A DNA stretch of 64,000 nucleotides from Mobula hypostoma. Its lineage: Eukaryota. Under the pieces are notes generated by a model. That model did not search any database. It was given only the letters and a program-made list of their open reading frames with translations, and was not told the origin of the DNA. Positions 62,711-64,000 of the stretch are shown here, in pieces. The translations under genes and the position numbers were made by a program. Location of the stretch: positions 175,958,001 to 176,022,000 of the forward strand of contig NC_086097.1 in assembly GCF_963921235.1 (NCBI RefSeq). The letters run 5' to 3'. The number at the start of each line of letters is the position of its first letter. The first letter of the stretch is position 1.

Positions 62711-64000
62711 CAAATACTATATTTTCTTCAAGTTTTTCCTCCATGAACCTCAGATACAAAGAAAAGGCAAAACAAGACAGAAGAACTGGTCATTAACTTC
62801 AGGAGGCAGGACTGAGTACTGATCCCATCTGTGTCATTAATGCTGAGACAGAGCTGGTTGTGAGCTGCAGTTTCGAAGGTGTAAATATCACCAATAGCTT
62901 CCCTTGGCCCAACCCTGCAGATTCTATAACTAAGAAAGTGCACGAGTGTCACTATTTCCTCAGGAAGCCAAGGGAAGTTAGTATGTCCCTAATGACCCAA
63001 CGATTACAGATATACCATGGAAAGCATCCTATCCAGATGCATCACAGCTTGGTACGGCATCTGTCCTGCCCAAGACTGCAAGAAATTGCAGATATAACCC
63101 AGTCCATCATGAACACCGACCACTGATTGTCTATATTTCTCACTGCCTTTCGAAAGTAGCTAACATAATCATAGACTTTTCCCTACCCCATCAGACAGGA
63201 GATCCAAATGCATGAGAACAAACAGGACAGCTTTTTACCCGTTATCAAACTCTTGAATGGATTCCCAGTATAATAAAGATGAACTCTTGATCTCAATCTG
63301 CCTTGTCAAGGCCCCTGCCACCTTATTGTATACCTGTAATGCACTTTATAATTGTCACATCGTATTCTGCATTCTCTTTTCTCTTTGTTTTATGGATGTC
63401 TGTGAAGAGTAAGAATTTCAGGTTGTATACTGCTTACACTCTGATATTAAATTGAACCATTTTGTATTACCTCAATATATTATATATTGAATGATCCACC
63501 TGAATGGCATGCCAAGCAAAAATATTCATCTTACCTTGGTACACGTGACAATAATAAACCAAGTACTAATCCCCGTTGCCAAATTTAGAACATTGCTGTT
63601 TCACTTCTCATCCATTTCTACAAGATAAATGCAACTTGCACTTGTATAAAATTGTACTATGCAAAGGCATTTCCCATTGGGCTAGCTGATGCTAGGAATA
63701 GTAACAACAATAAAATTCTCTTTCTAAAGTCCATTTTCATCTGGACAAAAGTGAACCATGATCCAGGATTCTTGATTTTATGAAATGGCGTGGCTAGCCA
63801 GTGAGAATTGTTAATCATTGACATTATGTGACACATTAAAGAGGTTTTACAGGCAGGCACCTTTACTTTCTTAGAAGGTTTCTTGCGGCCATTATGCAGG
63901 AGGTACAAGAGCATGAGGTTCCACAGCAACAGGTTCAGGAGCAATAATTTCTCTTAAACCATTTGCTTCTTGAACCAATGAGCACAACCCTAATCGTATT

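Noticed and set aside
62240..62713. Repetitive ORFs on both strands; superficially CRISPR-like array
   Set aside because: 27-bp tandem units with no unique spacers and no cas genes, in a vertebrate intron; frames stay open because the unit is a multiple of 3.
63657..63740. Signal-peptide-like MKMDFRKRILLLLLFLASA as desmoglein exon 1
   Set aside because: Runs into a stop with no good donor, and exons 2-4 are not found between it and exon 5; it sits among LINE tail remnants.
1376..63944. Most remaining 60-140 aa ORFs in the track
   Set aside because: Fragments or antisense frames of decayed LINEs; no independent gene evidence.

Overview
Vertebrate nuclear DNA, most likely a cartilaginous fish (ray or shark, inferred from the CR1, Rex1/Babar, Penelope and V-SINE repeat complement). 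Two minus-strand desmosomal cadherin genes lie head-to-tail. (1) The 3' eleven coding exons of a desmoglein-2-like gene run from 60877 to 26568; I joined them by hand into one open 3006-nt frame (1001 aa plus stop), and exons 1-4 lie beyond the window. (2) The promoter and first three exons of a desmocollin-like gene run from 22183 to 3226 and continue off the left edge. The introns are packed with LINE remnants, a solo LTR and a 27-bp minisatellite. Highlights: a young 95-140 bp element carrying a minimal hammerhead ribozyme, present in three target-site-duplication-flanked copies and linked to a Penelope GIY-YIG remnant; a desmoglein with a classical-cadherin-type EGGGEKD motif, a QAW adhesion-site tripeptide and a tandem-repeat poly-Gly insert; a probable 16-kb GC-AG first intron whose acceptor was rebuilt by a CR1 insertion. 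Exon coordinates were read by hand. Boundaries of old repeats are approximate, and homology calls come from remembered family motifs, not database searches.
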